DNA of 64,000 nt, taken from NCBI GenBank assembly GCA_963727455.1, contig CAVSGG010000009.1:256001-320000 (forward strand), read 5' to 3'. Made by a program: the position numbers and the translations under genes. The notes under the pieces were generated by a model. It saw nothing but the letters and a program-made list of their open reading frames with translations, was not told where the DNA came from and did no database searches. Of this stretch, positions 47,383 through 57,920 are shown one piece after another. Position 1 is the stretch's first letter, and the number at the start of each line of letters is the position of its first letter. The DNA is from Candidatus Krumholzibacteriota bacterium. Its GTDB lineage: Bacteria > Krumholzibacteriota > Krumholzibacteriia > JAJRXK01.

Positions 47383-49026
47383 CTACTGGGCCATGGCCGT
47401 TGTAGAAGTAGTGTCTGGCGGCAAGAGGAACTGCTGGGGTCTCTCTTTGACCACCGTCTCGAGCCAGGTCTCGGGGTAGCCCTTCTCGGTGACTTTTCCC
47501 TTCTCGTCCTTCACGTAGCCGTCGTTGTACTTGGTCATCAGGTCCTCGCCCAAGCGCCGCCAGCGGCGCACGACCGCTTCACCGTGGCTCACCGAGTAGT
47601 CGGTCAGGTAGCGCGTCACCAGCGCAGGGTCCTTCTCGGCCAAACTCTCGGCGGTTTTCTCCACCACGGGTTGCATCGCGAAGAACTCTCCCTCGAGAGT
47701 CGCCTGTACGTCCTGGATGTCCTGGATCATGTAGGAGTATTTCAAGTTGGCGTAGTTGGAGACGAAGTTGAACACCCACCAGGCGGAATCCCAGGAGAAG
47801 TGATCCAAACTGCCAACGGTGAAAGCCTCGGGAAGCTCCTCGATGCTGCAGTACAGAGGCAGATAGCAAGTGAAGTAAGTGTCGTCCACTCCGTACCAGG
47901 TGAGCCCGCCGATGGCATCGGGCAGCCAGGCGCGTGACTGCGTGATCATCGAGAAGCCGGTCTGCTGGGTGGAAATGGGGCGTTCCCAAGTGTAGTGCTG
48001 GCCATCCACTTCGAATCCCATGGGCCGCCAGCGGTAGGGACTGCCGTAGGGGCCAGCGTCGACTCCCTTGGTCATGTCAAAGGGCGTGCCCTCGTAGTGG
48101 TCGCGCATCAGGGCGAACACATCCTGTACCGAGAGTTTGTGATCGGGCTTGATGAACAGGGGGAGCGGCTTCGCCCCCGCCACTCCGCGATGGTAATCGC
48201 TGGACCAATTTTCGGAAGGAACGCAGCGGCGATACAAACTCCATACGCGAGTCGCGGTGTAGCGTAGTTTCTCCGGAGTTACCGGATGGAACGCCTTGCG
48301 CCAGCTGAAGGCCTGGCTGGAGGAGGGATCGTACCAGCCGTGCGCGGCCGCGAATTCCTCCATTCCCGGCGAGTAGAGGCAGTTCTTCGGATCGTTCTTC
48401 TCAAAGGTGTCGATGCGTCCGAGGTTGGCGTGCGCACAGACATATCCGTCAGGCACGCGCAGCGCCACCCAGTAGGCACCAGGGCTGCCGGGCGGCGGGT
48501 TCTTCCCCGGACCAACCATCTCCATGATCCAGGCCTCTCTCTTGTCCCCGATGTAGAACGACTCGCCGCTGCTGCGATAGCCGTAGTCGTCGACCAGTTG
48601 GCCCATCACTTCCACCGCCTCGCGCGCGGTGGCCGCCCGCTGCAGAGCAAGGCGCATCAGGACCCAGTAGTGCAGCAAGCCGGCTGGGTTGATGAGCTCC
48701 TCACGGCCGTCGGTGGTCGTCTCGGCGATGGTCACTTGATGGTCGTTCATGAGGTTCACAACCCCGTAGGTATGCGGCGGCTGCGCCACCCACCCCAGGA
48801 CCTTTCCCGACCAGCTCCTGATCGCCAGCGAATCTCCCGGTTCGTGCGAGGCGGCCGGAACGCGCTCCAGATGCGGAAGGAATTCTCCGTCGCAGGTATA
48901 GGTGACGATGACCGAGCCATCGGTAGTGGCCTGGCTACTGGCGATGAAATTAGTGCAGGCAGACGCGCTCGCTCCCGCGAACGCGAACACCATCATGACC
49001 ACACAGCATGCAATGAACTTACGCAT
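47383..49026 (-). CDS. C69-family dipeptidase
   Basis: Signal peptide then N-terminal nucleophile CTNF, MNDHQV.IAETT, LMRDHYEGT, WERPIS. Confidence 0.92.
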   Translation of the reverse strand: MRKFIACCVVMMVFAFAGASASACTNFIASSQATTDGSVIVTYTCDGEFLPHLERVPAASHEPGDSLAIRSWSGKVLGWVAQPPHTYGVVNLMNDHQVTIAETTTDGREELINPAGLLHYWVLMRLALQRAATAREAVEVMGQLVDDYGYRSSGESFYIGDKREAWIMEMVGPGKNPPPGSPGAYWVALRVPDGYVCAHANLGRIDTFEKNDPKNCLYSPGMEEFAAAHGWYDPSSSQAFSWRKAFHPVTPEKLRYTATRVWSLYRRCVPSENWSSDYHRGVAGAKPLPLFIKPDHKLSVQDVFALMRDHYEGTPFDMTKGVDAGPYGSPYRWRPMGFEVDGQHYTWERPISTQQTGFSMITQSRAWLPDAIGGLTWYGVDDTYFTCYLPLYCSIEELPEAFTVGSLDHFSWDSAWWVFNFVSNYANLKYSYMIQDIQDVQATLEGEFFAMQPVVEKTAESLAEKDPALVTRYLTDYSVSHGEAVVRRWRRLGEDLMTKYNDGYVKDEKGKVTEKGYPETWLETVVKERPQQFLLPPDTTSTTAMAQ

Positions 49027-49044
49027 CTCTTCTCCTAAAGATTA

Positions 49045-49722
49045 TCAATCCGCATCTTCGGGGTCCTGTTTGCCCGGTCGAAATCCGATGCGGTCAAAAG
49101 GATTGACCACGCTACTGGCCAAATTGGACAAGTGGGCACTGATGCGCTTGGTATAGCGCGCGCTCAGCGCCACCATGACTGCGTCTTTCGCGCCTATTTG
49201 AGGATCCTCCACGAGTTCATCGAGCACCAAATCGAGCCGGCGACCGAAAATACTGTGATCCTTCATGATGGACTCCGCGGCCACAGCGTCCGCTTCCCGG
49301 AACGCTTCGGCGGCGCGGGGAAAGAGTTTCAGAACATCTTCGGCGATAGTACGCACGGTATCGAAGTGCCGGTTGCCGATGAAGGGGTGATGGTACCTCT
49401 CGGCGAGTTCGTAGATGTTCTTGGAATAGTCACCGATACGTTCGATATCGATAATCGTACTGGTCAGAACGAGGCTAGCTGTCATGTCCGAGACCTCATT
49501 CAGAAGCTGATACTCGAAGACCAGGCGTCTCACCTGCATCTCGCCGCGGTTGATTTCCCGATCGAGCGCATAGATGTCTAGATCTGGCTTCTTCCCGTCG
49601 AGAAGATCTCCGATCGAAGCGCGGGCCAAAAGCTCCGCCTTTTCCAAGCATCCGTAGCTCAGGTCCAAGGCCTTGCTAAGCTGATTCTTTTTTCGAAGCG
49701 CATTCAAGAGAGCTCGGAACAT
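49045..49722 (-). CDS. PhoU-domain protein
   Basis: DREIN..E, DIERIGDYSKNI, KRISAHLSN. Confidence 0.85.
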   Translation of the reverse strand: MFRALLNALRKKNQLSKALDLSYGCLEKAELLARASIGDLLDGKKPDLDIYALDREINRGEMQVRRLVFEYQLLNEVSDMTASLVLTSTIIDIERIGDYSKNIYELAERYHHPFIGNRHFDTVRTIAEDVLKLFPRAAEAFREADAVAAESIMKDHSIFGRRLDLVLDELVEDPQIGAKDAVMVALSARYTKRISAHLSNLASSVVNPFDRIGFRPGKQDPEDAD

Positions 49723-49731
49723 GAGATTCTC

Positions 49732-50901
49732 CTAGCGAGTCAAAAAGATCAGGGCCAAGGGTACAATGAAAAATACGAGCAGAACATAGGCTACTGCGTA
49801 TCCCTTCGAGCGCACACTCAAGCGGCCCAAGATCTTGGCGGCGCCGATCGGTATTCTGCGTAGAGGATAGAGCACAAGTATCCCATAAACGTTGAAAAAA
49901 AGGTGGCTCAGGGCCACCACGAGAGCAGCCGGTGCTCCAGTGACCAGGCTGGCGAGAAGCGCCGTCACCGTGGTTCCCACGTTTGCCCCGAGTACCACCG
50001 GGAAAATCTGCTCCACCGTGGCAAAACCGGCAGCCATGAGGGGAACGAGCAGGCTTGTGGTCACGCTGCTGCTCTGAACCAGAACGGTGATGAGAGTGCC
50101 CGCCAGAATGCCTGCCGCGGCGTTCCGGAAAACGAACCGGTGCATCAGCAGCTCTACCCTGCCCAAAATGAGCCGGCGCATCAGCTTCACCAAAAAGTGC
50201 AGGCTCAAAAAAAGCAGGATGAGTGAGAGAACCACCAAGATCGATGCGGCCACTGAATCCGCCTCGATCGGCCGGCGTATCATGTCTTGGACCGACTCTG
50301 CAACCGGCTTGACAAGTAGTTTGAGGGGAGAGTGAAAGCTCACACCCGACTGTCCAACCAAAAATCGCGCGGCCCACTGAGAGGAGTGCTCGATGAAGTG
50401 AGTGAAAATCTCCAGAGGGAGGAAGATCGTGACGGCCATGAGATTGAAGAAGTCGTGAACGGTCGCGCCACTGAACGCTCGCTGGAACTCTTGGGGACGC
50501 GCCATGTGTCCCAGCGATACGATGGTATTGGTGACACTCGTTCCGATGTTGGCGCCCATGACGATGGGAATCGCGCCCGGAACGTTCAGTCCGCCTCCCG
50601 CCACCAGACCTACGACGATGGAAGTGACGGTCGAGCTGCTCTGGACCAGGCTCGTAGCCAAGACGCCGATCAACAGGCCGGTGAAGGGGTTTCCGGTCGT
50701 CTTGATGAGACCGACCGCGAAACTCTTACCCATGAGCTTGAAGGTCGATCCGAGTAACTCGATGGAAAAAAGAAAGACGTACAGAACCAGGAACAGGGCC
50801 GCAATCCTTGCCAGCATCGGCCAGAACCCGTCCCGGCTCAGAAAGGCCCGGGAACGCGCCATCTCCTTGTCGCGAGTCGCCAGTGAATCAGCCGACGGCA
50901 T
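49732..50901 (-). CDS. Na+/Pi cotransporter (NptA/SLC34-like)
   Basis: Two QSSS motifs, GANIGT and GANVGT, HDFFN. Confidence 0.93.
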   Translation of the reverse strand: MPSADSLATRDKEMARSRAFLSRDGFWPMLARIAALFLVLYVFLFSIELLGSTFKLMGKSFAVGLIKTTGNPFTGLLIGVLATSLVQSSSTVTSIVVGLVAGGGLNVPGAIPIVMGANIGTSVTNTIVSLGHMARPQEFQRAFSGATVHDFFNLMAVTIFLPLEIFTHFIEHSSQWAARFLVGQSGVSFHSPLKLLVKPVAESVQDMIRRPIEADSVAASILVVLSLILLFLSLHFLVKLMRRLILGRVELLMHRFVFRNAAAGILAGTLITVLVQSSSVTTSLLVPLMAAGFATVEQIFPVVLGANVGTTVTALLASLVTGAPAALVVALSHLFFNVYGILVLYPLRRIPIGAAKILGRLSVRSKGYAVAYVLLVFFIVPLALIFLTR

Positions 50902-51997
50902 CCGCCTTCTCCCGCAAGGCCTCCAGCAAACCCTCGAAGCTCCGCTCGAACTTCTCCACCCCGTCCCTCAGGAGCTCGTCGGTCGCGGACTGCAGCGATA
51001 TACCGAGAGACTCGATCTCCTCGAGCGCCTCACTCGATTCCGGTTGGTCCCTCAGGATGGCATCCTCTTCCGGCCTCCCATGATCGCGGTAGGCGTCCAC
51101 GGTAACGGTCGGAATGGTATTGACTGTGTCCTTCCCCACGAGAGGATCCACGTACAGAGTGTCGGGATAGGCCGGATTCTTCGTACTGGTGGAGGCCCAC
51201 AGAGGACGCTGTACCCGAGCGCCCGCCCGGGCCAGTTTTTCCCAGCGCTCGCCGGAAAACACCTCGAGAAAATCGCGGTAGGCAAGCTTCGCGTTGGCCA
51301 CGGCCGCCCGGCCCATGAGAGATTTCGCCTGCTCGCCACCCACTTCGCTCAGCTTCGCATCCACCAAAGTATCGAGGCGACTTACGAAGAAGGATGCCAC
51401 CGAGGCGACGTTCTGCAGCGGCCTCTTGTGCGCGAGCCGGGCCTCGAGCGCGCCCAGATAGGCCTCCATCACTTCTCGGTAGGTCTGGCGGCTGAAGAGG
51501 AGGGTGACGTTGATCTTGCGGCCCCTCTCCAGAGCGGCACGAATGACCGGAATTCCCTCCTTGGTGGCGGGAATCTTCACCATGAGGTTCTCACAGTCCA
51601 CCCAATCCCAAAGCCGGTCGACCTCCTTCATCGTGCGTTCTCCGTCGTAGGCCAATCGGGGATCGACTTCGAGACTGACGAAACCGTCGTTTCCTTCGCT
51701 CTCCTCGAAGACCGGCAGCAACAAGTCGCAGGCCTCTTGGATGTCCCGGACCGCGAGTTCCCAGAAAACCGATTCGGGATCCAGTCCGGAGCGATGGAGT
51801 TTGGCGACCACTTTGTCGTAATCGTCACCATTGCTGATTGCCGCCTGAAAGATGCTCGGGTTACTCGTGATGCCGCGCATCCCGTCTTCGTCACGCATAC
51901 GCGCGATGCTACCGTCGTGAAGGGCACGCCGGCTGAGGGAGTCCCACCAAAAGGACTGGCCGAGTTCGTACAAACGAGTCAAGGGGTTCTGATTCAT
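50888..51997 (-). CDS. tal: Transaldolase
   Basis: GITSNPSIF, VSLEV, MVKIPAT, NVTLLF, SFFVSR, RPLWASTSTK. Confidence 0.95.
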   Translation of the reverse strand: MNQNPLTRLYELGQSFWWDSLSRRALHDGSIARMRDEDGMRGITSNPSIFQAAISNGDDYDKVVAKLHRSGLDPESVFWELAVRDIQEACDLLLPVFEESEGNDGFVSLEVDPRLAYDGERTMKEVDRLWDWVDCENLMVKIPATKEGIPVIRAALERGRKINVTLLFSRQTYREVMEAYLGALEARLAHKRPLQNVASVASFFVSRLDTLVDAKLSEVGGEQAKSLMGRAAVANAKLAYRDFLEVFSGERWEKLARAGARVQRPLWASTSTKNPAYPDTLYVDPLVGKDTVNTIPTVTVDAYRDHGRPEEDAILRDQPESSEALEEIESLGISLQSATDELLRDGVEKFERSFEGLLEALREKADAVG

Positions 51998-52068
51998 CGC
52001 GGAACTCCTCGAGGCGAGGTTGAGACGGACGAATGGAAGAGGGCGGAACAGGCCGCCGATTCGATTGA

Positions 52069-52524
52069 TTAGAGAGGTTTTCCCTGACCCTCCAGCTCAT
52101 CAACGAGTTGAAGGCGTCGCACATGGCGTTCTTTGCCGCTGAAACGGGCGTTCAAGAACGCAACTACAATCTCTTTCGCGAGACTTGGGCCCACGACCCG
52201 GGCCCCCAGGCACAATACGTTGATGTTGTCATGCTCCACGCCCTGATGCGCGGAGTAAGTGTCATGACAGAGTCCGGCACGGATACCCTTCACTTTGTTG
52301 GCAGCAACTGCGGCCCCGACACCGCTGCCACAGAGTACAATCCCGCGCTCTGCGTTTCCATCGAGCAGAGCTTTGGCGACTTTGGAGGCAAAACGCGGAT
52401 AGTCGACCGGGTCGGCGGAGTCGGTGCCACAGTCGATGGGCTCGTGGCCCTGTACGGCGAGCTCATTCAAGAGCTCCGCCTTGAGTGGGAATCCGCCATG
52501 GTCACAGCCGAGCGCCACACGCAT
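52069..52524 (-). CDS. rpiB: Ribose-5-phosphate isomerase B
   Basis: DHGG, DYP, CGSGVG, ANKVKGIRA, HDNINVL, RHVRR. Confidence 0.95.
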   Translation of the reverse strand: MRVALGCDHGGFPLKAELLNELAVQGHEPIDCGTDSADPVDYPRFASKVAKALLDGNAERGIVLCGSGVGAAVAANKVKGIRAGLCHDTYSAHQGVEHDNINVLCLGARVVGPSLAKEIVVAFLNARFSGKERHVRRLQLVDELEGQGKPL

Positions 52525-52730
52525 TGCCCTCTGCCTCCCTTCTGTCAGCGCGACAAGAACACGAGCTCCGATGCCGGGTCATCCCGACCAGTCAGTGCCG
52601 CGAAGCGAGTGTAGGGAACCCGCTGCAGAGAAGCAATGCCGGAGCCTTCGAGTCGAGGAGAAATGAGATTCCTTCCCCCACGCTCCACCGGCTGGTATCC
52701 TGACCCACATTGCTCTTCAAGGAGGTAGCT

Positions 52731-53957
52731 GTGTCTCTGCCATCGCGTGTGCCGGGGGTTCTTCTGCTCTCTTGCCTGCTCGGCCTCGTACACCCCGTCC
52801 CCTCCCATTCCGACTCCGAGAAGCCGGTCCAACTGGTGGAAAGCTGGCCGGTGGAAACCAAACTCGACAATCCCGGCATTCCGGACGCGCCCCAAGTGTG
52901 GTTGCAGATGGTGAAAAGCGCGCGCGAGGAGCTCGATTTCGCCGAATTCTACGCGTCCAACGCCCCCGATTCCCTCCGGCAGGCGTATCCCGAAAGCGCC
53001 GGCCGGCTCGAAGCCGTGATCGAGGCAATCGAGGCGGCCGCAAAGCGCGGGGTGAAGGTGCGCTTCTTGGCCGAAAAAAACTTCTACAAAACTTACCCCA
53101 ACACCTTGAATCGTCTCGATGCGCAGCGAAACGTGGAGTTGCGCATCTACGACGTGGGCGCGCTCATGGGAGGAGTGCTGCACGCGAAGTACTTCCTCGT
53201 GGATGGGCGCGAAGCCTATCTCGGCAGCCAAAACTTCGACTGGCGCTCGCTGGCCCACATTCAGGAGTTGGGATTGAAAATCAACGACCCCCATATCAGC
53301 CGACGACTGAAGGAAGTATTCGACTACGACTGGGCGAGATCCAATGGCGAGGATCCTCCGCCGGTGAGCGCCACCCCGGATAGCCTTCCTGCGGGTTACT
53401 CAGCCGCGTTCAGCCCCACCGGATTTCTCCCGCACCAAGAAGACTGGGACTTGCCGCAGATCGTAAAACTCCTGGACGGAGCCCAGAACCACATACGCTT
53501 TCAGCTCCTCTCGTACCACGTCGTGGGACGCGATCACACTTATTGGAGCGTCCTCGACGACGCCCTGCGCAGAGCGGCTGCGCGCGGCGTCAAAGTGGAG
53601 ATGATCTTGGCGAACTGGTCAAAGGGAGGTAGCTCGATGCAGTACCTGAAGAGCCTGCAGACGCTCGATCAGGTCACGGTCAGAATCGCCACCATTCCGC
53701 AATGGTCCAAGGGTTTCATCCCCTTCGCCCGCGTGATTCACGCGAAATACCTCGTGGTCGATGGCGCATCGAGCTGGGTTGGAACCTCCAATTGGGGGAA
53801 GAGCTACTTTCATGACACGAGGAACGTGGGGCTCGTGATGCACGACTCCCGGATCGCTCTTGAACTAGAGGGCTTCTTCGCCCGTCTTTGGCAAAGCACT
53901 TACGTGGAGGATCTCGACCCCTGCAAGAAGTATGAGCGTCAAAGAGTCGCTCAATAG
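52731..53957 (+). CDS. Secreted phospholipase D-family protein (PLD3-like)
   Basis: Two HKD motifs (HAKYFLVD..GSQN, HAKYLVVD..GTSN) and LVESWP. GGAGG RBS before GTG. Confidence 0.9.
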   Translation: MSLPSRVPGVLLLSCLLGLVHPVPSHSDSEKPVQLVESWPVETKLDNPGIPDAPQVWLQMVKSAREELDFAEFYASNAPDSLRQAYPESAGRLEAVIEAIEAAAKRGVKVRFLAEKNFYKTYPNTLNRLDAQRNVELRIYDVGALMGGVLHAKYFLVDGREAYLGSQNFDWRSLAHIQELGLKINDPHISRRLKEVFDYDWARSNGEDPPPVSATPDSLPAGYSAAFSPTGFLPHQEDWDLPQIVKLLDGAQNHIRFQLLSYHVVGRDHTYWSVLDDALRRAAARGVKVEMILANWSKGGSSMQYLKSLQTLDQVTVRIATIPQWSKGFIPFARVIHAKYLVVDGASSWVGTSNWGKSYFHDTRNVGLVMHDSRIALELEGFFARLWQSTYVEDLDPCKKYERQRVAQ

Positions 53958-53990
53958 GACCGAGATATCACTCGACCCAGAGGTGATTCC

Positions 53991-54869
53991 ATGAAGAAGT
54001 TCATGATTGGCTGCGGAATCGTGGTGGGCGTCGTTCTATTGATCTCGATCGTCTCCTCTTGGATCTTCGTGCGTTCGCTCAAGAACCAACTCCCCGAGAT
54101 GAAGCCCCTGAAAGAGCGTGAAGAGCAACTGGTCAAGCTATACGGACGACTCGACGATTACACTCCACCCTTGAACGGACGCATTTCACCCGAGCGCATG
54201 GAACTCTATCTGCAAGTTCGCGAGAATCAACCGCACGATACCCGACTCTTCGTGGACGCCCTCGACGAGGTTTCCGAGCAGGAAGATGAAATGCACGAGG
54301 CGAAGGGACTCGAGAAGTTCAAACTCGGACTGAAGATGGCAAAGAGCGGAATGGCCGTGGCGCGTGTCACCATGGTCTATCTCAGCGCCCGCGATTCCCT
54401 CTTGCTCGCCAAGGAGATGTCTCCCGGAGAGTACCTCTATCTTACCGTCATCGGAGCCGTGTGCGACCTGCAATGGTCTCCCCCGCGCTGCCGGAACCAG
54501 AGCGATGCTGATTCCACCTCCAACCATCTCAAGTTCAACGGGAGCTACGGCAGCTTCGGTGATGTCTATCGGCAACAGCTCGAGAACGCCTTGCGCGATC
54601 TTCGGAGCAAAGAAACGCTCGACGAGGACGAACAGAAGTTCATGACAGCGCTGGAGGGAGCTCTCGAACACGGTCGGATCGGTGACGCCCGCGTTCCCTT
54701 CGAAGGCGAGCTTCCGGCTTCCCTAAAAGAGAGCGTCGAGCCCTATCTCACTCGATTGCAGGCGACGCTTCCCACCTGCCGGAGTGCTTGGACTCTGGAA
54801 CTGGCCACGATTTCCGGCAAGCACAATCGGGGAGTGAACATCGAGATCGGCGAGGATGACGACCACTGA
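53991..54869 (+). CDS. Hypothetical membrane-anchored protein
   Basis: GAGGTG RBS, N-terminal TM helix, operon-like spacing. Confidence 0.7.
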   Translation: MKKFMIGCGIVVGVVLLISIVSSWIFVRSLKNQLPEMKPLKEREEQLVKLYGRLDDYTPPLNGRISPERMELYLQVRENQPHDTRLFVDALDEVSEQEDEMHEAKGLEKFKLGLKMAKSGMAVARVTMVYLSARDSLLLAKEMSPGEYLYLTVIGAVCDLQWSPPRCRNQSDADSTSNHLKFNGSYGSFGDVYRQQLENALRDLRSKETLDEDEQKFMTALEGALEHGRIGDARVPFEGELPASLKESVEPYLTRLQATLPTCRSAWTLELATISGKHNRGVNIEIGEDDDH

Positions 54870-56208
54870 GGCCGGACCGGCGAAGATGAGCCGCGGGCGG
54901 CCGCGGAGCTTGAGCCGGCGATTTTGGCGGCTTTCCTCGCTGAACATCCTGGCCAATCTCATGGTCCCGTTAACCGGCCTGGTCGACATGGCCCTCTTGG
55001 GGCATCTCGGCGAAATTCGCTTCCTGGCCGGAGTGGCCTTGGGCGCGATCCTCTTCGACTACATCTACTGGACATTTGGTTTCCTGCGCATGGGGACGAC
55101 GGGAATGACGGCGCAGGCGGTGGGACAGGAGAACTCCGAAGAAGTCGCGGTGGTCGCTTTGCGGGGGGTGGCCATGGCTCTCGGATTGGGACTTCTCATC
55201 CTCTTGCTGCAGAAGCCCCTCTCGCTCCTGGGTTTCTGGATTCTGCAGGGCGATACGGGCGTGAAGGCCGCCGGTCGCGCCTACTTCTCCGCGCGCATCT
55301 GGGGAGCCCCGGCCGTCCTCTTGAATTTCGTCTTTCTGGGGTGGTTCTTGGGACGCGAACAGGCGGGGCGCGTATTGATCATGTCGGTGGTGGGAAATCT
55401 CTCCAATGTGATCCTTGACTTCTATTTCATCCTCCACCTGCACCTGGCCGCGACGGGAGTGGGAGCCGCCACTGCCATCGCCCAGTACCTCATGCTCTCT
55501 TGCGCACTGCTCTTCGCGGCAAGAGACCTTTCTCTGAGGCGTATCCGCCAGCTTATCCCGACCTGTCTCTCCATGAAGGGCCTCCGCGCCACCTTTTCCC
55601 TGAACAATGACATCTTGGTGCGAACTCTGGCGCTGATCAGCGTCTTTGCCCTCTTCACCAACATCGCATCCACCATGGGCGCCGTCCTCTTGGCGGCCAC
55701 GGCGGTGGTAAAGCAAGTGGTCACGCTCGCCGCGTTCTTCATCGACGGCTATGCATTCGCGACCGAGAGTCTGGCGGGCATCTTGGAAGGAGCCAAAGAC
55801 CGCGTCCAGCTACGGCGACTCCTTCTCATGTCGGTCTCTTGGAGTGCGGTCACCGGGGTGTTGTTCGCGAGTGGTTTCGTGTTCGCACCAAGGCTCTTCC
55901 GTTTGCTCACGGACCACGCTGATGTCCTGCGCCAGATCGACGGCCTGAAAATGTGGCTGTGGCCGGTCCTGGGCGTGGGATCGATTGCGTACGCCTTGGA
56001 TGGTTACTTCATCGGACTAGTGAGAGGACGAATTCTCAGTCTCGCGATGGTCTTCTCCGCGCTGGTTGGTTTCGCTCCCCTCGCATTCTTCGCCTATCGC
56101 GCGCAGAGCATCCAAGTTCTGTGGCTGGCCCTTGGCGTCTTCATGCTTGCGCGGGTTTCAAGCCTGGCAGTCTGCGTGCCCTCGACTCTGCGTCTCAAAG
56201 GGCAATGA
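54856..56208 (+). CDS. MATE efflux transporter (DinF-like)
   Basis: PLTGLVD..LGHL, FGFLRMGTTG, IDGYAFA.E, LDGYFIG. Confidence 0.92.
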   Translation: MTTTEAGPAKMSRGRPRSLSRRFWRLSSLNILANLMVPLTGLVDMALLGHLGEIRFLAGVALGAILFDYIYWTFGFLRMGTTGMTAQAVGQENSEEVAVVALRGVAMALGLGLLILLLQKPLSLLGFWILQGDTGVKAAGRAYFSARIWGAPAVLLNFVFLGWFLGREQAGRVLIMSVVGNLSNVILDFYFILHLHLAATGVGAATAIAQYLMLSCALLFAARDLSLRRIRQLIPTCLSMKGLRATFSLNNDILVRTLALISVFALFTNIASTMGAVLLAATAVVKQVVTLAAFFIDGYAFATESLAGILEGAKDRVQLRRLLLMSVSWSAVTGVLFASGFVFAPRLFRLLTDHADVLRQIDGLKMWLWPVLGVGSIAYALDGYFIGLVRGRILSLAMVFSALVGFAPLAFFAYRAQSIQVLWLALGVFMLARVSSLAVCVPSTLRLKGQ

Positions 56209-56458
56209 CGCCTTCGATTTTCAGAGCCTCCGCGTAAATTGCGATGACTGCATCGCTCGACTCCATCACCTTCTGGCAACTGAGGCTCAGGTATTTCCCC
56301 GTCCGTGAAGAGCGAAGAGTGTATTCCTCTTCTTTGAACAGTTCTTTCAGCTCGTGGATCTTCCCGCGTGGAGCGATGAACTTGAAGAGATAGGGGCCGG
56401 GCCACTTCTCGAAGACGGCCAGCTTGGCGCGCAGAGTGTCCAGGGGATCGCGGCTCAT
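56195..56458 (-). CDS. DUF493/YbeD-like protein
   Basis: WPGPYLFKFI..SSRTGKYLSLS..IEGVIAL. Confidence 0.8.
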   Translation of the reverse strand: MSRDPLDTLRAKLAVFEKWPGPYLFKFIAPRGKIHELKELFKEEEYTLRSSRTGKYLSLSCQKVMESSDAVIAIYAEALKIEGVIAL

Positions 56459-57735
56459 CGCTTCAAGTCTCTGCAGAGTCGAAGTCCCGAGAACATCCAG
56501 CGAGACGACGGCGCATAGAAGTTGCGATAGCTCGCGCGCAGATGCTCCCGGGGACTCACGCAACACCCACCGCGCAGAACGATCTGGTTCGCCATGAACT
56601 TCCCGTTGTACTCGCCCAATGCGCCGCCGGCCGGCCGGTAACCCGGATATGGTCCGTAGGAAGAAGCGGTCCATTCCCACAGATCACCAAAGAGCTGCCC
56701 CAAACCGCTTCCTTTGGCACCGCGGGCTTGCAAATATCCATTCTCGAGGAAGTTTCCCTCCTCCAGAAGATCCGGATCCTCCGCGAGCGTCACAGTCGCG
56801 GCCTTCTCCCACTCATACTCGGTCGGCAAGCGAGCGTGGCTCCAACGGGCAAAGGCATCCGCCTCGAAATGACTGATGTGAGCGACGGGAAGATCGCTTC
56901 GAACCCTGGCCCGACCGAAGAGGCCGCGACGGTACCACTCCCCCTCTACCTTCTCCCAGTACAATGGTGCTCGCCAACCCTCCTCCTGGGCCAGAGCCCA
57001 ACCGTCGGAGAGCCATAGTTCCGGACGCTCGTAACCTCCATCGCTCATGAACTCCAAGTACTCGCCGGCAGTGACGAGACGATTTGCCACTTCGAAGGCT
57101 TCCGTCCAAACTCGATGGCGCGGCTCTTCGTTGTCGAAGCAAAACCCCTCCTGCCCGTGGCCGATCTCGAAGAGCCCCTCCTGGAATCCTCTCCATTGGA
57201 GGTCCTCGGTGGGGCATGCAGGACAGCCCTTCAACTCGCGGTAGGCGCCGCCCACTGGATTCGTGGCCAGCACGTGCTGAATGTCCATGAGAAGAAGTTC
57301 TTGATGCTGTTGCTCGTGTTGAAGTCCAAGCTCGACCACTGGATGCAGTTCGGGCGGGAGTGTCCCTTGGGTCAGAATTTCCTGCATCCTCTCTTCGACG
57401 TTGCGGCGGTACTCGAAGACTTCGCGCAGGGAAGGTCGCGAGAGGAAGCCGCGTCTTTCCCGCGGGTGCTTTTCTCCGACGGTCTCATAGTAGGAATTGA
57501 AGAGAACCCGGAATTCGGGGCGAAAGGGCCGAAACTCACGCTCGACAGCCTCCAGAACGAAGGTCTCGAAGAACCAAGTCGTGTGCGCCAAATGCCATTT
57601 GGTGGGCGATACCTCGCGCATAGTTTGCACCTGGCAGTCCTCGGGGCTGAGAGGCTCGATCAGCTGCAGGGTGGTCTGGCGAATCCGAAGGAATCGCTCG
57701 GCCATCGGAACGAGTCGGGCGGCGGCGTCGATCAA
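56455..57735 (-). CDS. egtB: Ergothioneine biosynthesis sulfoxide synthase
   Basis: [43 protein letters not shown]. Start is approximate. Confidence 0.93.
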   Translation of the reverse strand: MIDAAARLVPMAERFLRIRQTTLQLIEPLSPEDCQVQTMREVSPTKWHLAHTTWFFETFVLEAVEREFRPFRPEFRVLFNSYYETVGEKHPRERRGFLSRPSLREVFEYRRNVEERMQEILTQGTLPPELHPVVELGLQHEQQHQELLLMDIQHVLATNPVGGAYRELKGCPACPTEDLQWRGFQEGLFEIGHGQEGFCFDNEEPRHRVWTEAFEVANRLVTAGEYLEFMSDGGYERPELWLSDGWALAQEEGWRAPLYWEKVEGEWYRRGLFGRARVRSDLPVAHISHFEADAFARWSHARLPTEYEWEKAATVTLAEDPDLLEEGNFLENGYLQARGAKGSGLGQLFGDLWEWTASSYGPYPGYRPAGGALGEYNGKFMANQIVLRGGCCVSPREHLRASYRNFYAPSSRWMFSGLRLCRDLKR

Positions 57736-57920
57736 GGTCTCTCCCCCAAGAACAGGTCGATTTGGAGCTCGAGTTCGCTGATTCCAGTCTACGGTTTCGC
57801 GTTCACTCTGGCCAGAGCGGCTGGACGATCGCGCCTGAAGCCTTATATTTGCGCCGGACCACCACGCGAGCACGAGCACTCATTCGGAGCCTCGCTCCAA
57901 CTCATCGAAGGGGATTCGCA

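Noticed and set aside
22506-52072. Long antisense ORFs (22506-23867, 25418-26695, 39852-41030, 50504-52072 and similar)
   Set aside because: These are shadow or alternate frames of well-supported genes in GC-rich DNA.
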